Origin: Thiotrichaceae bacterium UBA5859
Lineage (GTDB): Bacteria; Pseudomonadota; Gammaproteobacteria; UBA5859
Direction of reading: 5' to 3'
Length of the DNA: 64,000 bases
Assembly (NCBI GenBank): GCA_002432655.1
Contig: DJFZ01000018.1
Coordinates: forward strand, 40,391 to 104,390
Each line of letters starts with the position of its first letter. Positions within the stretch are counted from its first letter, which is position 1. The notes beneath the pieces are model-generated. The model had not been told where the DNA came from, did no database searches, and saw only the letters and a program-made list of their open reading frames with translations. Below, one piece after another: positions 39,904-49,416 of this stretch. Both the position numbers and the translations under genes were made by a program.

Positions 39904-40866
39904 ATGCATGATCAACTAGATCCAAATCTATTCAGATTTGTTGTGGATCAGGTAGACCTTGGAATTGTTGTCTTCGACAACGATCTCAACGTATTGTATT
40001 GGAATCACTTTATGGAAACGCATAGTGGTTTCAGTAGTGAACGGGTGATGCAAAATAATCTCTTCGAGCTATTCCCGGAACTGCCCCATAAATGGTTAGA
40101 ACGCAAGGTAAGGGGTGTGTTCCTGTTAAGAAACTACGCGTTTACTACCTGGGAACATCGCCCCTATCTGTTTCGGTTTAAACACCATCGCCCCATTTCT
40201 GGTGGCGCTGAATATATGCATCAAAACTGTACTTTCATTCCAGTTAAAAATGAAGCCGGTGATGTGGAAGCGGTCTGTTTGACTATTGCTGATGTGACGG
40301 ATGCCAGTATTTATCAACGCGAACTGAAACAGGCGAATTTTAAGTTGGAGGAGATGAGTAACCGTGATCCGCTAACCGGTGCGTATAACAGACGCTACAT
40401 GGATCAGATCCTGGGCCGAGAATTTCAACGTGTGAAGAGATATGGCGGTGAGCTGGCACTTTTGATGTTCGATTTGGACCATTTTAAGCAAATAAATGAT
40501 ACTTATGGTCATCAAGCAGGGGATGAGGTGTTAATTGAGTGTACTCGTCGCATATCCGCCAGTTTGCGTAAGACCGACTGCATGAGCCGTTACGGCGGAG
40601 AAGAATTTGCTGTCATCTTAACTAACGCGGATCGACGAGTGGCTACTTCTGTGGCAGAGCGGATCCGCCAAAGTATTGCATCGAAACCAATTCAATATAA
40701 TGGTCGCCAAATCTGTATCAGTGCCAGTATTGGTTTGGCCAGTTATACTCCAGAGTGTTTGACCCACCACACACTAATATATCAAGCTGACAAAGCGCTC
40801 TATTTCTCTAAGGAGAATGGTCGTAATTTGTTGACCTGTTACAATGCCGATTGTGAACATGCCTGA
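39904..40866 (+). CDS. PAS-domain diguanylate cyclase (GGDEF)
   Basis: An N-terminal PAS fold is present. GGEEF active site RYGGEEFAV is present. An RxxD I-site-like motif lies upstream. Confidence 0.9.
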   Translation: MHDQLDPNLFRFVVDQVDLGIVVFDNDLNVLYWNHFMETHSGFSSERVMQNNLFELFPELPHKWLERKVRGVFLLRNYAFTTWEHRPYLFRFKHHRPISGGAEYMHQNCTFIPVKNEAGDVEAVCLTIADVTDASIYQRELKQANFKLEEMSNRDPLTGAYNRRYMDQILGREFQRVKRYGGELALLMFDLDHFKQINDTYGHQAGDEVLIECTRRISASLRKTDCMSRYGGEEFAVILTNADRRVATSVAERIRQSIASKPIQYNGRQICISASIGLASYTPECLTHHTLIYQADKALYFSKENGRNLLTCYNADCEHA

Positions 40867-40959
40867 CCCATTCTAGTTGGGTTTGCGCAAGATAACTAAA
40901 TTCAGCACAATACCTCTTGTCATGACAGTGTTATCGCTCTAAAAGAGCTGCCCCGATCC

Positions 40960-41829
40960 ATGAAAAAATGTCGTTCTGAAAGACTCACTATTTGCGGCCT
41001 GGACTATCACCTTCGGTTATGGGGTGAGAGAGATCGACCACTGATGGTGATGTTGCATGGTTGGATGGATGTGTCAGCCTCGTTCCAATTTTTAGTCGAC
41101 GCATTGGCAGATCGATGGCAGGTTGTTGCGCCGGATTGGCGTGGATGCGGGCTCACTGAATGGGCGCAAGGGAGCTATTATTTTCCAGATTATCTAGCGG
41201 ATTTAGATCAGATCTTACTTCACTATAGTGCGGGCCACCCCGTGCACCTAGTCGGTCACAGCATGGGAGGCAATGTGGCCGGCTTGTACGCCGGTATTAG
41301 GCCCGAGCGAGTGGCGTCACTGATCAGTCTAGAGGGATTTGGCATGCCAGATTCCGCTGCGGATCTGGCGCCGGCACGATACTTGAAATGGTTAGATCAG
41401 CGGCGAGAGTCGGCTGTGTTCAAACTATACGAAGACTTTTCTGGTGTAGAGGCCAGGTTAAAAAAAACCAATAGCAATTTAACTGATGAAAAAGCAGCCT
41501 TTCTAGCGCAGCATTGGGCACGTCAGCGAGAGGATGGCAAGGTGGAATTATTGGGGGATCCGCGCCATAAATGGACTAATCCGGTACTTTATCGCGCGTC
41601 AGAAGCGTTGGCTTGTTGGCGCCAGATCCGCGCGCCAGTATGTTGGATCAGTGCCAAAGATTCAATGCTCGGCCGTTGGTTTGAGTCGGATAAAGCGGAG
41701 AAGGCCCGTCGTATGGCTGCGTTTCGTTCTATACGATATGACACGGTGACAGAATCGGGTCATATGTTGCATCATGACCAACCAGCAAAAGTCGCGCAAT
41801 TGATTGAAACATTTTTGAATGAAATATAG
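40960..41829 (+). CDS. alpha/beta hydrolase fold protein
   Basis: HGW oxyanion region, GHSMGG nucleophile elbow and a C-terminal His are present. Confidence 0.75.
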   Translation: MKKCRSERLTICGLDYHLRLWGERDRPLMVMLHGWMDVSASFQFLVDALADRWQVVAPDWRGCGLTEWAQGSYYFPDYLADLDQILLHYSAGHPVHLVGHSMGGNVAGLYAGIRPERVASLISLEGFGMPDSAADLAPARYLKWLDQRRESAVFKLYEDFSGVEARLKKTNSNLTDEKAAFLAQHWARQREDGKVELLGDPRHKWTNPVLYRASEALACWRQIRAPVCWISAKDSMLGRWFESDKAEKARRMAAFRSIRYDTVTESGHMLHHDQPAKVAQLIETFLNEI

Positions 41830-41879
41830 ACGAGATAAAGTGCTTGTGCCGGCGAAGCCAGAAATGAAGTGAGGAAAAA

Positions 41880-42320
41880 ATGAGTAATACAGTATCCCGG
41901 AGCCAAAAGGGTTTAACTCTGATCGAAATCTTAGTGGTCATGTTTATTTTAGGACTGCTCATTACCCTGGTAGCCCCACGGGTGATGAACCGTACTGATG
42001 ATGCACGGCTGACGAAAGCGAAACATGATATTCGCTCTATCGAGAGTGCCTTGAATCTATATAAACTAGATAATTTTGTTTATCCGAGTAACGACCAAGG
42101 ACTGCTCGCTTTAGTGGAGCAGCCGAGTGGTACACCGGAAGCGCGCAATTGGAAACAGGACGGATATATCGAACGCTTGCCAACGGATCCCTGGGGATAT
42201 GAATACCAGTATTTAAATCCCGGTAATATGGGAACGATTGATATATTTTCTTTTGGCGCTGACGGCAAACCAGGTGGCGAGGATATCAATGCAGATATTG
42301 GCAATTGGAATTTAGAGTAG
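41880..42320 (+). CDS. gspG: type II secretion system major pseudopilin GspG
   Basis: Prepilin leader and N-terminal helix KGLTLIEILVVMFILG are present. It is 146 aa. Confidence 0.9.
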   Translation: MSNTVSRSQKGLTLIEILVVMFILGLLITLVAPRVMNRTDDARLTKAKHDIRSIESALNLYKLDNFVYPSNDQGLLALVEQPSGTPEARNWKQDGYIERLPTDPWGYEYQYLNPGNMGTIDIFSFGADGKPGGEDINADIGNWNLE

Positions 42321-42856
42321 TCTCTCAGTGTTGTCAGGATCGCGCATTGAAGCAACCACTTAAAGGCATCGCCTGTACGCGAAGGGTTGCCGCATTTACT
42401 TTACTTGAGTTACTAGTGGTGATGGCAATCCTGGTCATCGTCACCGGACTTGCTGTGAGTCGAGTCAATTTTCGCACCCAACAAACACCTGTGATGAAAG
42501 AAGCAGAGCGATTAAATGTGCTCTTCGAACTGGTACAGGAAGAGAGTATTTTGTGGGATCGATTGTTGGTTTTTCAGGTAGATAAGCAAGGCTATCAATT
42601 TTTTGAGGAGCGCTCTGGGCAATTGGTGCCGGCTTCCAGCAAACTATTTCGTGCTAAAGCTTGGTCAGAAGATGTGCGTTTAACCTGGATCTCAGGAGGT
42701 GAGCAAGGTCTCGACGACAAAAAGTTTCTTGTATTTTTTTATCCTACTGGGCAAACCACTCCGTATGCATTTAGTCTGGCTGGCGAAATAGGACTGAATC
42801 AATCCTTTCTATTGAGTAGCGAAGGTTCTGGAGAGTTTAAGATTGAGGCTGAATAG
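42305..42856 (+). CDS. gspH: type II secretion system minor pseudopilin GspH
   Basis: Pseudopilin N-terminal helix AFTLLELLVVMAIL is present. The start is uncertain because of a long leader. Confidence 0.65.
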   Translation: MEFRVVSQCCQDRALKQPLKGIACTRRVAAFTLLELLVVMAILVIVTGLAVSRVNFRTQQTPVMKEAERLNVLFELVQEESILWDRLLVFQVDKQGYQFFEERSGQLVPASSKLFRAKAWSEDVRLTWISGGEQGLDDKKFLVFFYPTGQTTPYAFSLAGEIGLNQSFLLSSEGSGEFKIEAE

Positions 42857-42858
42857 TC

Positions 42859-43266
42859 TTGCATATGAACAGAGACGAGGAAAATAAGCTGCTTGGCTTA
42901 CCCAAGGGCTTTACCTTAATTGAGGTATTGGTGGCGCTGGCGATTGTTGCAGTTGCACTAGCAGCGGTGCTCAATTCCAGCAGTGCGCATACGCGAAACT
43001 TAACATATCTAAAAGAAAAAACACTGGCGCATTGGGTGGCATCGAATCAATTAATGGAAGCCGAATTGTCAGCTAATGGTTGGCCCGCTGTGGGAGTGAG
43101 TACGGGAAATGAAGAGTTAGCTGGTCATTCCTGGTATTGGCGTAGACAAGTGAGCTTGGCCACCGAAATTAATGGCAAAGAGATGCGACGTGTGGATGTG
43201 GCTGTCTATTTTGATGAGCGTGTGAAGCAAGCCCATGCACAGGTTTCCGGATTTATTATTAGATGA
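42859..43266 (+). CDS. gspI: type II secretion system minor pseudopilin GspI
   Basis: KGFTLIEVLVALAIVAVAL prepilin N-terminus is present. Confidence 0.8.
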   Translation: MHMNRDEENKLLGLPKGFTLIEVLVALAIVAVALAAVLNSSSAHTRNLTYLKEKTLAHWVASNQLMEAELSANGWPAVGVSTGNEELAGHSWYWRRQVSLATEINGKEMRRVDVAVYFDERVKQAHAQVSGFIIR

Positions 43267-43868
43267 AAGATAACGCCGCATTTACCTTGATTGAATTAAT
43301 GGTAGCGATGGCAGTGTTTGCTGTGCTTTCGGTGATTGCTTATGGTGGCTTGAATAACATCATTAAGACTTCTGAGGTAGTGGAAGCACAAGCAGAAAGA
43401 TTAAAAGAGTTACAGATTTTTATGGCTGTGGTGCAAAAGGACATGCAAAATATTGTACCTCGCACAGTACGAGATGAGTTAGGTGATGTGGAAGCTGAAG
43501 TAAAAATGCCCGGCGGCGGGGCAAGAACCATAGATTTTACTCGTGGCGGGCAACGTAATCTACTCAAGCTGCCACGCAGTGACATGCAGCGAGTGGGTTA
43601 TGAGTTAAGAGAAAATCAGCTCCTTCGTGTCAGCTACATGCAATTAGATCGTGCCCCTGGAACTGAACCATTGGAACAGGTTTTGCTGGAAGATGTACAA
43701 GATTGGCAGATCCGCTTGTTAGATGACAAAAATAATTGGCACAGTGTGTGGCCACCGTTGAATCAAACGGGTACGACCACCTCCTTAATGCCTCAGGCGA
43801 TAGAGTTGGAATTGACTCTAAAGGATTGGGGGGATATCCGTCGCCTGATACGAGTGTATGATCCATAA
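43263..43868 (+). CDS. gspJ: type II secretion system minor pseudopilin GspJ
   Basis: AFTLIELMVAMAVFAVL N-terminus is present. It is about 200 aa. Confidence 0.8.
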   Translation: MKDNAAFTLIELMVAMAVFAVLSVIAYGGLNNIIKTSEVVEAQAERLKELQIFMAVVQKDMQNIVPRTVRDELGDVEAEVKMPGGGARTIDFTRGGQRNLLKLPRSDMQRVGYELRENQLLRVSYMQLDRAPGTEPLEQVLLEDVQDWQIRLLDDKNNWHSVWPPLNQTGTTTSLMPQAIELELTLKDWGDIRRLIRVYDP

Positions 43869-44842
43869 TGAATGGCAGCATGTTGAAACCGCAACAGGGC
43901 GTGGCGATTATTACGGCAATGTTAATAGTTGCATTGGTTGCTGTGATTGCTGTCGCACTGTTGTCAAAGGGTAATATACATGTGCACCGCACCGAGAATG
44001 TTTTAGTGCGAGATCAAAGTTCATTCTATTGCATCGGTGCTGAGCGCTTAGCCGCATTGATATTGTTGGCGGATACAGATTTTGATGTGGATGGTGCCAC
44101 GGACTTTTGGGCGCAACCGGCCACACCATTACCTTTTGAAGGAGGCATGATCACGGGTCAGATTTCAGATCGACAAGCTAAATTTAATCTAAATTCCCTG
44201 TTAGATGGGAACGGTCAAGCCCGTGCCCCAGACAGTGAGCAAGTGATATTTTTTAAAAATCTGATATCAAGCTTAGGATTGGATCCGAAAATTTTGGGAT
44301 ATGTCATTGATTGGATAGATACAGATACCACCCCCTATGCGGGTGGGGGTGCAGAGGATGCAACCTATATGTTATCAGAGAATCCTTATCGCACAGCAAA
44401 CCAACCGCTAACAGATATTTCGGAATTGAGGTTGATTAAGGGATTTGAAGCAGTTCAAGATCCTGATCCCTATGAGATAATACGCCCCTTTGTCACTGCT
44501 TTGCCGGAATTAACCACTAAGATTAATCTAAACACTGCACCAAAGGAGATTTTAAAGGCTCTAAATCCTGCAATCACCGACAACATGGTGACAACATTTA
44601 TGCAGGATCGCACAGATGCACCTATTACAAAGGTAGGAGATTTTGCAGGGCTTTTACCGCCGGGAACAGTGTCATCGAATAGTACTTTAATTGGTGTGAA
44701 ATCCGACTATTATCAATTAGAAACGCAAATAGATTTCGGTGAACGACAGTTACTATATACCAGTTTCTTAAAGCGAGAACCCCCGAATAGAGTCACTACG
44801 TTGATGCGTAAACCAGGAATCGAGTATGACGAAACTTCTTGA
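43868..44842 (+). CDS. gspK: type II secretion system minor pseudopilin GspK
   Basis: The GspK-type N-terminus (QQGVAIITAMLIVALV, lacking Glu5) is present. It is 324 aa. Confidence 0.8.
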   Translation: MNGSMLKPQQGVAIITAMLIVALVAVIAVALLSKGNIHVHRTENVLVRDQSSFYCIGAERLAALILLADTDFDVDGATDFWAQPATPLPFEGGMITGQISDRQAKFNLNSLLDGNGQARAPDSEQVIFFKNLISSLGLDPKILGYVIDWIDTDTTPYAGGGAEDATYMLSENPYRTANQPLTDISELRLIKGFEAVQDPDPYEIIRPFVTALPELTTKINLNTAPKEILKALNPAITDNMVTTFMQDRTDAPITKVGDFAGLLPPGTVSSNSTLIGVKSDYYQLETQIDFGERQLLYTSFLKREPPNRVTTLMRKPGIEYDETS

Positions 44843-45992
44843 TTGGAGATGGCAAGAAGATAGCATTTCTTGGCCACTACATGGCGTGGTGTCTGATCAA
44901 CTAGACTCAGATCCCACCATGACTTTGCTGGTGCCGACACAACAGGTTTTGTTGACCGAAGCGACTTTACCTACTCGTAAAATGAATAAAGTGCAGCATG
45001 CCTTGCCCTACGCATTAGAAGATGACTTAACAGAGGATGTAGAGCAGATCCATTTTGCCATGGGGGATTGGAAAAACGATAGCAACCAACTGTCGGTTGC
45101 GGTGGTGGATAAATCCCTCATGGATACTTGGTTGCTTCGCATCAAGGAAGTGGGCTTAAATCCCAAACAACTACAGCCGGATGTATTTGCATTGCCTTAT
45201 GTGAGCAATCACTGGTCAGTATGGATAGAAGAAAAACGGGCGTTGGTACGTACTGGCGAGCAATCAGGATTTGCGACGGAGCCGGAGAATTTAGCTTTTT
45301 TAATTGATCACGCCATTAAACAGAGCGCAGATATACCGGAGCACATTGATGTGTACACATCAGAAAGTGGACTCGAGTTGATACTGCCAGAGTTTAGTGG
45401 CGAGATAGAGCACCATCTTTTATCTCAAACAGAACTATCAGAACTAGCACAGCACTTTCATGTGTTGCCCGGCATTAATCTATTGCAAAGTCATTACAGT
45501 CAAAAAGAGCAGTTAAATAAAGCTCTGCGACCCTGGATCCCTGCAGCTATGGTGTTAGCCATTTCGCTAGTCCTGCAGATGTCTCTATTGATATCCGACG
45601 CCTTCCAGGTAAGGGTGCAAGTTTCCCAGTTGGAGGATGAGTTGTTAAGAGTCTATTTAACGGCCTTTCCTGATGATAAAAACGTACGCGATCCTATCGG
45701 TAAAATGCAAAGCCAACTGGCTGCTTTGCAAGGAGAGACTACCGGTAGTGGTTTCATTCCTCTGATGTCAACAGTTGGCGAGACCTTAGCGAAGACACAA
45801 AATATGCGTTTAATGCAGATTAGCTATCGTACCGGAGTATTGGAGCTGGCATTGGAGATAGACTCTGTGTCTGCCTTAGATCAACTTAAGGAACGTCTAT
45901 TGGCAACCAGGGTGGACGTTGAGATCGCATCAGCGGATAAACGAGACGAATTAGTCGAAGCGCGCTTACGGATCCGGGAACAGTCGTCGTGA
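44826..45992 (+). CDS. gspL: type II secretion system protein GspL
   Basis: Size, position, a central TM helix, and a cytoplasmic actin-like N-domain followed by a periplasmic domain all fit. Confidence 0.7.
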   Translation: MTKLLDWRWQEDSISWPLHGVVSDQLDSDPTMTLLVPTQQVLLTEATLPTRKMNKVQHALPYALEDDLTEDVEQIHFAMGDWKNDSNQLSVAVVDKSLMDTWLLRIKEVGLNPKQLQPDVFALPYVSNHWSVWIEEKRALVRTGEQSGFATEPENLAFLIDHAIKQSADIPEHIDVYTSESGLELILPEFSGEIEHHLLSQTELSELAQHFHVLPGINLLQSHYSQKEQLNKALRPWIPAAMVLAISLVLQMSLLISDAFQVRVQVSQLEDELLRVYLTAFPDDKNVRDPIGKMQSQLAALQGETTGSGFIPLMSTVGETLAKTQNMRLMQISYRTGVLELALEIDSVSALDQLKERLLATRVDVEIASADKRDELVEARLRIREQSS

Positions 45993-46483
45993 AAGCATGG
46001 TTTAGTCAATTGAATGAGCGTGAACAGCAGCTGGTTGTTGTGGGCGGAATATTAGGGGTATGTGTCATTGTATTTGTTCTCTATAGTGACTACGTTTCTC
46101 CCTTTTTTAAGAATTCTCGAACTGGGAGCCAACAACTGCAGCAAATGCAGGCCGATCTCGACTGGTTAAGGCAGGCGGCCATGCAAGCGAAACAGTTAAA
46201 ACCTCAATCCTCGTTGAAAAGCAATCGTGGCAATCAGTCTCTCTTTGCTTTAGTGGATAGTAGTAGCAAGCAAGCACAATTGTCACAGGCGGTGAAACGG
46301 GTAGAGCCAGAAGGGGAGAAGCGGGTACGTATTTGGTTAGAGAATGCTAAGTTTGATGATGCCATTAATTGGTTATCTTTATTGCATTCACGTTATCAAA
46401 TCAATGTGGAGAAGATCACCATCGATGCTGTAGCGCCCGGTCAGGTTAATTTAAGTGCCCTGTTGATTGAAACAAATTCATGA
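45989..46483 (+). CDS. gspM: type II secretion system protein GspM
   Basis: It is a 164-aa bitopic protein after gspL with a 4-nt overlap. Confidence 0.65.
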   Translation: MKAWFSQLNEREQQLVVVGGILGVCVIVFVLYSDYVSPFFKNSRTGSQQLQQMQADLDWLRQAAMQAKQLKPQSSLKSNRGNQSLFALVDSSSKQAQLSQAVKRVEPEGEKRVRIWLENAKFDDAINWLSLLHSRYQINVEKITIDAVAPGQVNLSALLIETNS

Positions 46484-47250
46484 AAACTTATTTGCGTCCC
46501 ACTCTATTTTTTATTGCAGTTTTGTTGATCTGTTTGATAATCACTTTTCCGGCGAGCCAAGCGTTGAGAATAGCACCTAAATTGCCTAATTCGATCACGC
46601 TGGGCGAAGCCTCAGGTACCCTTTGGGATGGCGAGTTGTCGGCTGTTCGCTTGAATGGCATACATCTGTCGCCTTTGCGGTGGTCTGTTCATGTGGTGCC
46701 CTTGGCTTTTGGTCGAGCACAACTGTCTTTGGAAGTACCTTCACAGTCTACCGGTATCAAGGGTGTTTTTTCTCATAATCTACTTGGACATACTGTGGTG
46801 AAGGATCTTTCGTTACGGTTTCCAGTATCAGAATTGACGCAACCCTGGATCCCCAGACCCTTTGGTGCATCGGGGGAGTTAACTGGAAGCGTACCCTATC
46901 TGTTAATAGATGATCAGGGCATTCAGGAGATCGATGCCACCTTAATGTGGGCGCAGGCTACATTTATGACGCCTGAACCGCTGTCATTAGGAGGCATGCG
47001 TGTAGAGTTGAATAGTCCTAAGGCACATCATGTGGTGGGAAAGATCACTAGCGATAAACAACAGTTGGATGTACAGCTCACATTAGAAATAACCCCTGAG
47101 ACATATACTCTATCGGGATTTATTAAACCGGTGGCAAATTCGGAGATCTCGACGCAGACAATAAATAGAATATTAGGTAGGCCAAATCGTAATGGTGAAT
47201 ATCGACTACAATATAAGGGTTCTATTGAGCAGTTAAAGGCATTTTTGTAA
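46480..47250 (+). CDS. gspN: type II secretion system protein GspN
   Basis: It is a 256-aa protein with an N-terminal TM helix in the last position of the gsp operon. Confidence 0.6.
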   Translation: MKTYLRPTLFFIAVLLICLIITFPASQALRIAPKLPNSITLGEASGTLWDGELSAVRLNGIHLSPLRWSVHVVPLAFGRAQLSLEVPSQSTGIKGVFSHNLLGHTVVKDLSLRFPVSELTQPWIPRPFGASGELTGSVPYLLIDDQGIQEIDATLMWAQATFMTPEPLSLGGMRVELNSPKAHHVVGKITSDKQQLDVQLTLEITPETYTLSGFIKPVANSEISTQTINRILGRPNRNGEYRLQYKGSIEQLKAFL

Positions 47251-47256
47251 TAGGAA

Positions 47257-47670
47257 TTGAAAAACATGGATAGTTTGACCTTAAAACCAGCAGCGGCAGG
47301 GGAAATCACCCCTGAGAATAAATGTTCGTTTTGTACCGGTTCGATATGTTGCACCTATATTACGGAGGAATTAGCCACACCAAAAGCTAAGTCTGATTTT
47401 GATCATCTGCTGTGGCAAGTATCCCACGATCATATTTCTATATACAAAGATGAAGATGGTTGGTTTTTATTGGTAGAAGGAAAATGCACACATTTACAGG
47501 CGGATGGTGCCTGTGGCATTTATGACACTCGTCCCCAAGTGTGTCGTGACTATGACAATGATTGGTGCGAGTATGATGAACCTGCGGAAAAGGGATTCGA
47601 TCTCTACTTTAGAAACTATGATGAATTACTGGCTTACTGTAAAAGAAGATTCAAAAGATGGGGGAGATAA
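47257..47670 (+). CDS. YkgJ-family cysteine-cluster protein (CxxCxxxxCC zinc/iron-chelating domain)
   Basis: CSFCTGSICC, a central C.H and CGIY...C motifs are present. It is 137 aa. Confidence 0.6.
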   Translation: MKNMDSLTLKPAAAGEITPENKCSFCTGSICCTYITEELATPKAKSDFDHLLWQVSHDHISIYKDEDGWFLLVEGKCTHLQADGACGIYDTRPQVCRDYDNDWCEYDEPAEKGFDLYFRNYDELLAYCKRRFKRWGR

Positions 47671-48310
47671 TCTCAGCAAAATCATCAATTGCGGGGAAAC
47701 CTTGTTGGTGATTCGGTGGGCGGCTCGAATCCGGTTGTTTAATAGAATAGAGATGCTTGATGCCATATTGTTTGGCAGAGTTTAATACTGCGGTATTGTC
47801 GTCAATGAGACAAGTATGCTCTGAATTGAAAGGCTCAAGGTCTTCAAGTTGTTGCCAGAAAGTAGGATCCTCTTTGGGGCGTCCAATATCATGGGAAGAA
47901 ACAACTGAATCCATATATTTATCAATTCCTGTTTGATCCAGCTTAATCTTCACGGTATCAGGATGGGCATTGGTAACTAGTAGCATACGTTTTGATTGAT
48001 GTTGAATGAACTGCAAAAATTCTATTGCTTGGTGCCGCAGTGAAATCTGATCGGCCACCTGACGCTTTAATTCGATCACGTTTAGTCCGAGTTCCTGAGA
48101 CCAATAATCGGTGCAATACCAATTCAATGTATTCTCGCAGGACAGGTACTTTTTTAGTATAAGATTTTGTGCTTCTGATAAGCTGATGGCTTGGTTTTGC
48201 GCATAAACACCCACTAGATATCGGCGCCAAAAGAAGTTGTCAAACTTCAAATCTAATAGTGTCCCGTCCATATCAAGGAACACAGTGTCGATTAGAGGCC
48301 AGTCAATCAT
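47651..48310 (-). CDS. yrfG: HAD-superfamily GMP/IMP nucleotidase (YrfG-like)
   Basis: The N-terminus DWPLIDTVFLDMDGTLLDLKFDNFFW is near-identical in pattern to E. coli YrfG. HAD motifs I-III are present. Confidence 0.75.
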   Translation of the reverse strand: MIDWPLIDTVFLDMDGTLLDLKFDNFFWRRYLVGVYAQNQAISLSEAQNLILKKYLSCENTLNWYCTDYWSQELGLNVIELKRQVADQISLRHQAIEFLQFIQHQSKRMLLVTNAHPDTVKIKLDQTGIDKYMDSVVSSHDIGRPKEDPTFWQQLEDLEPFNSEHTCLIDDNTAVLNSAKQYGIKHLYSIKQPDSSRPPNHQQGFPAIDDFAEIISPIF

Positions 48311-48545
48311 GAGGTTGCTCGGAGATGTCTCTAATTAATGCAGGATTAATTTACAAATGGTATCTTGAATATAGGCTCTGGGGTACTCTAATGTCCAGCA
48401 ATTAGTGCGATATCCACGTGATGTCTGTAGTTGGTATAAAAAATCTATGTGTTTAAAGATTCATGCCCAACATCGATATAGTAACAGAGGGCAACAAGTT
48501 TGGTCTTTTGCCTCTAGTACCGATCTTCATAGATTGAACAACTGA

Positions 48546-49367
48546 ATGAATGCTCCAGCCGTGCGCACACCCCAACTACTACTTGATGAGTTGAAAAAAA
48601 TAGCTCGATTAGCTGGCGAGACTATTCTCGATCTTTATGAAGTTTCAGACATGGAGATCATGGAAAAGCCGGATAAATCTCTGGTGACTGAAGCAGATCT
48701 ATTGGCGAATGATCAGATTGTCAAAACTCTGGCAGACTTGGATCCCACACTGCCGATTATTACAGAGGAATCTCATACATTGCCTTTCGCGCAGCGATCG
48801 GATTGGGCGCGTTACTGGTTGATAGATCCACTTGATGGCACTAAAGAATTTATTAATCAGACAGGTGATTTCTCCGTCAACATCGCTCTGATTGAACAGA
48901 ATGATCCGATTCTCGGCGTCATTTATTTTCCTGCTACTGAGACCTTATATTACGCGGCTAAAAACCAAGGTGCGTTTAAGTGTCTGGCAGATGAAGAATC
49001 ACAACAGATTCAAACTCGCCACGCGGATCCGGGAAAGTTAGTACTTGCCTTGAGTCGTCGTCGTCGTGGCCCCATGTTGACGAAATTTCTCGATCAGGTG
49101 GGTTCCCATCGAGCCATGGTTCATGGAGGTTGCCTGAAGAGTTGTTTGGTGGCGGAAGGCGCCGCAGACGCTTATCCTTGTTTCGGTCCAACATATGAAT
49201 GGGACACTGCGGCGGCGCAGATTATCTTGACTGAAGCGGGAGGCGCGTTGCTCGATCTCAATTTCAATCCACTAAAATACAATTTTGAGGAATCATTGAT
49301 CAATCCCAGTTTTATAGCAGTGGGGGATCCGAATTATCATTGGCGACACTGGTTGCCCGAACTCTAA
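48546..49367 (+). CDS. cysQ: 3'(2'),5'-bisphosphate nucleotidase
   Basis: Inositol-monophosphatase-family motifs are present (WLIDPLDGTKEF, the metal-binding D.LDGT). The length of 273 aa fits. Confidence 0.85.
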   Translation: MNAPAVRTPQLLLDELKKIARLAGETILDLYEVSDMEIMEKPDKSLVTEADLLANDQIVKTLADLDPTLPIITEESHTLPFAQRSDWARYWLIDPLDGTKEFINQTGDFSVNIALIEQNDPILGVIYFPATETLYYAAKNQGAFKCLADEESQQIQTRHADPGKLVLALSRRRRGPMLTKFLDQVGSHRAMVHGGCLKSCLVAEGAADAYPCFGPTYEWDTAAAQIILTEAGGALLDLNFNPLKYNFEESLINPSFIAVGDPNYHWRHWLPEL

Positions 49368-49416
49368 CAAATCAAGCTTACGTAGGGTGTGGCATCAGGG
49401 AGACAGGGAGATAGAA

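Noticed and set aside
47504-47785. ORF 47504..47785 (+) spanning the end of the YkgJ-like gene and the 3' end of yrfG
   Set aside because: It overlaps two supported genes in another frame.
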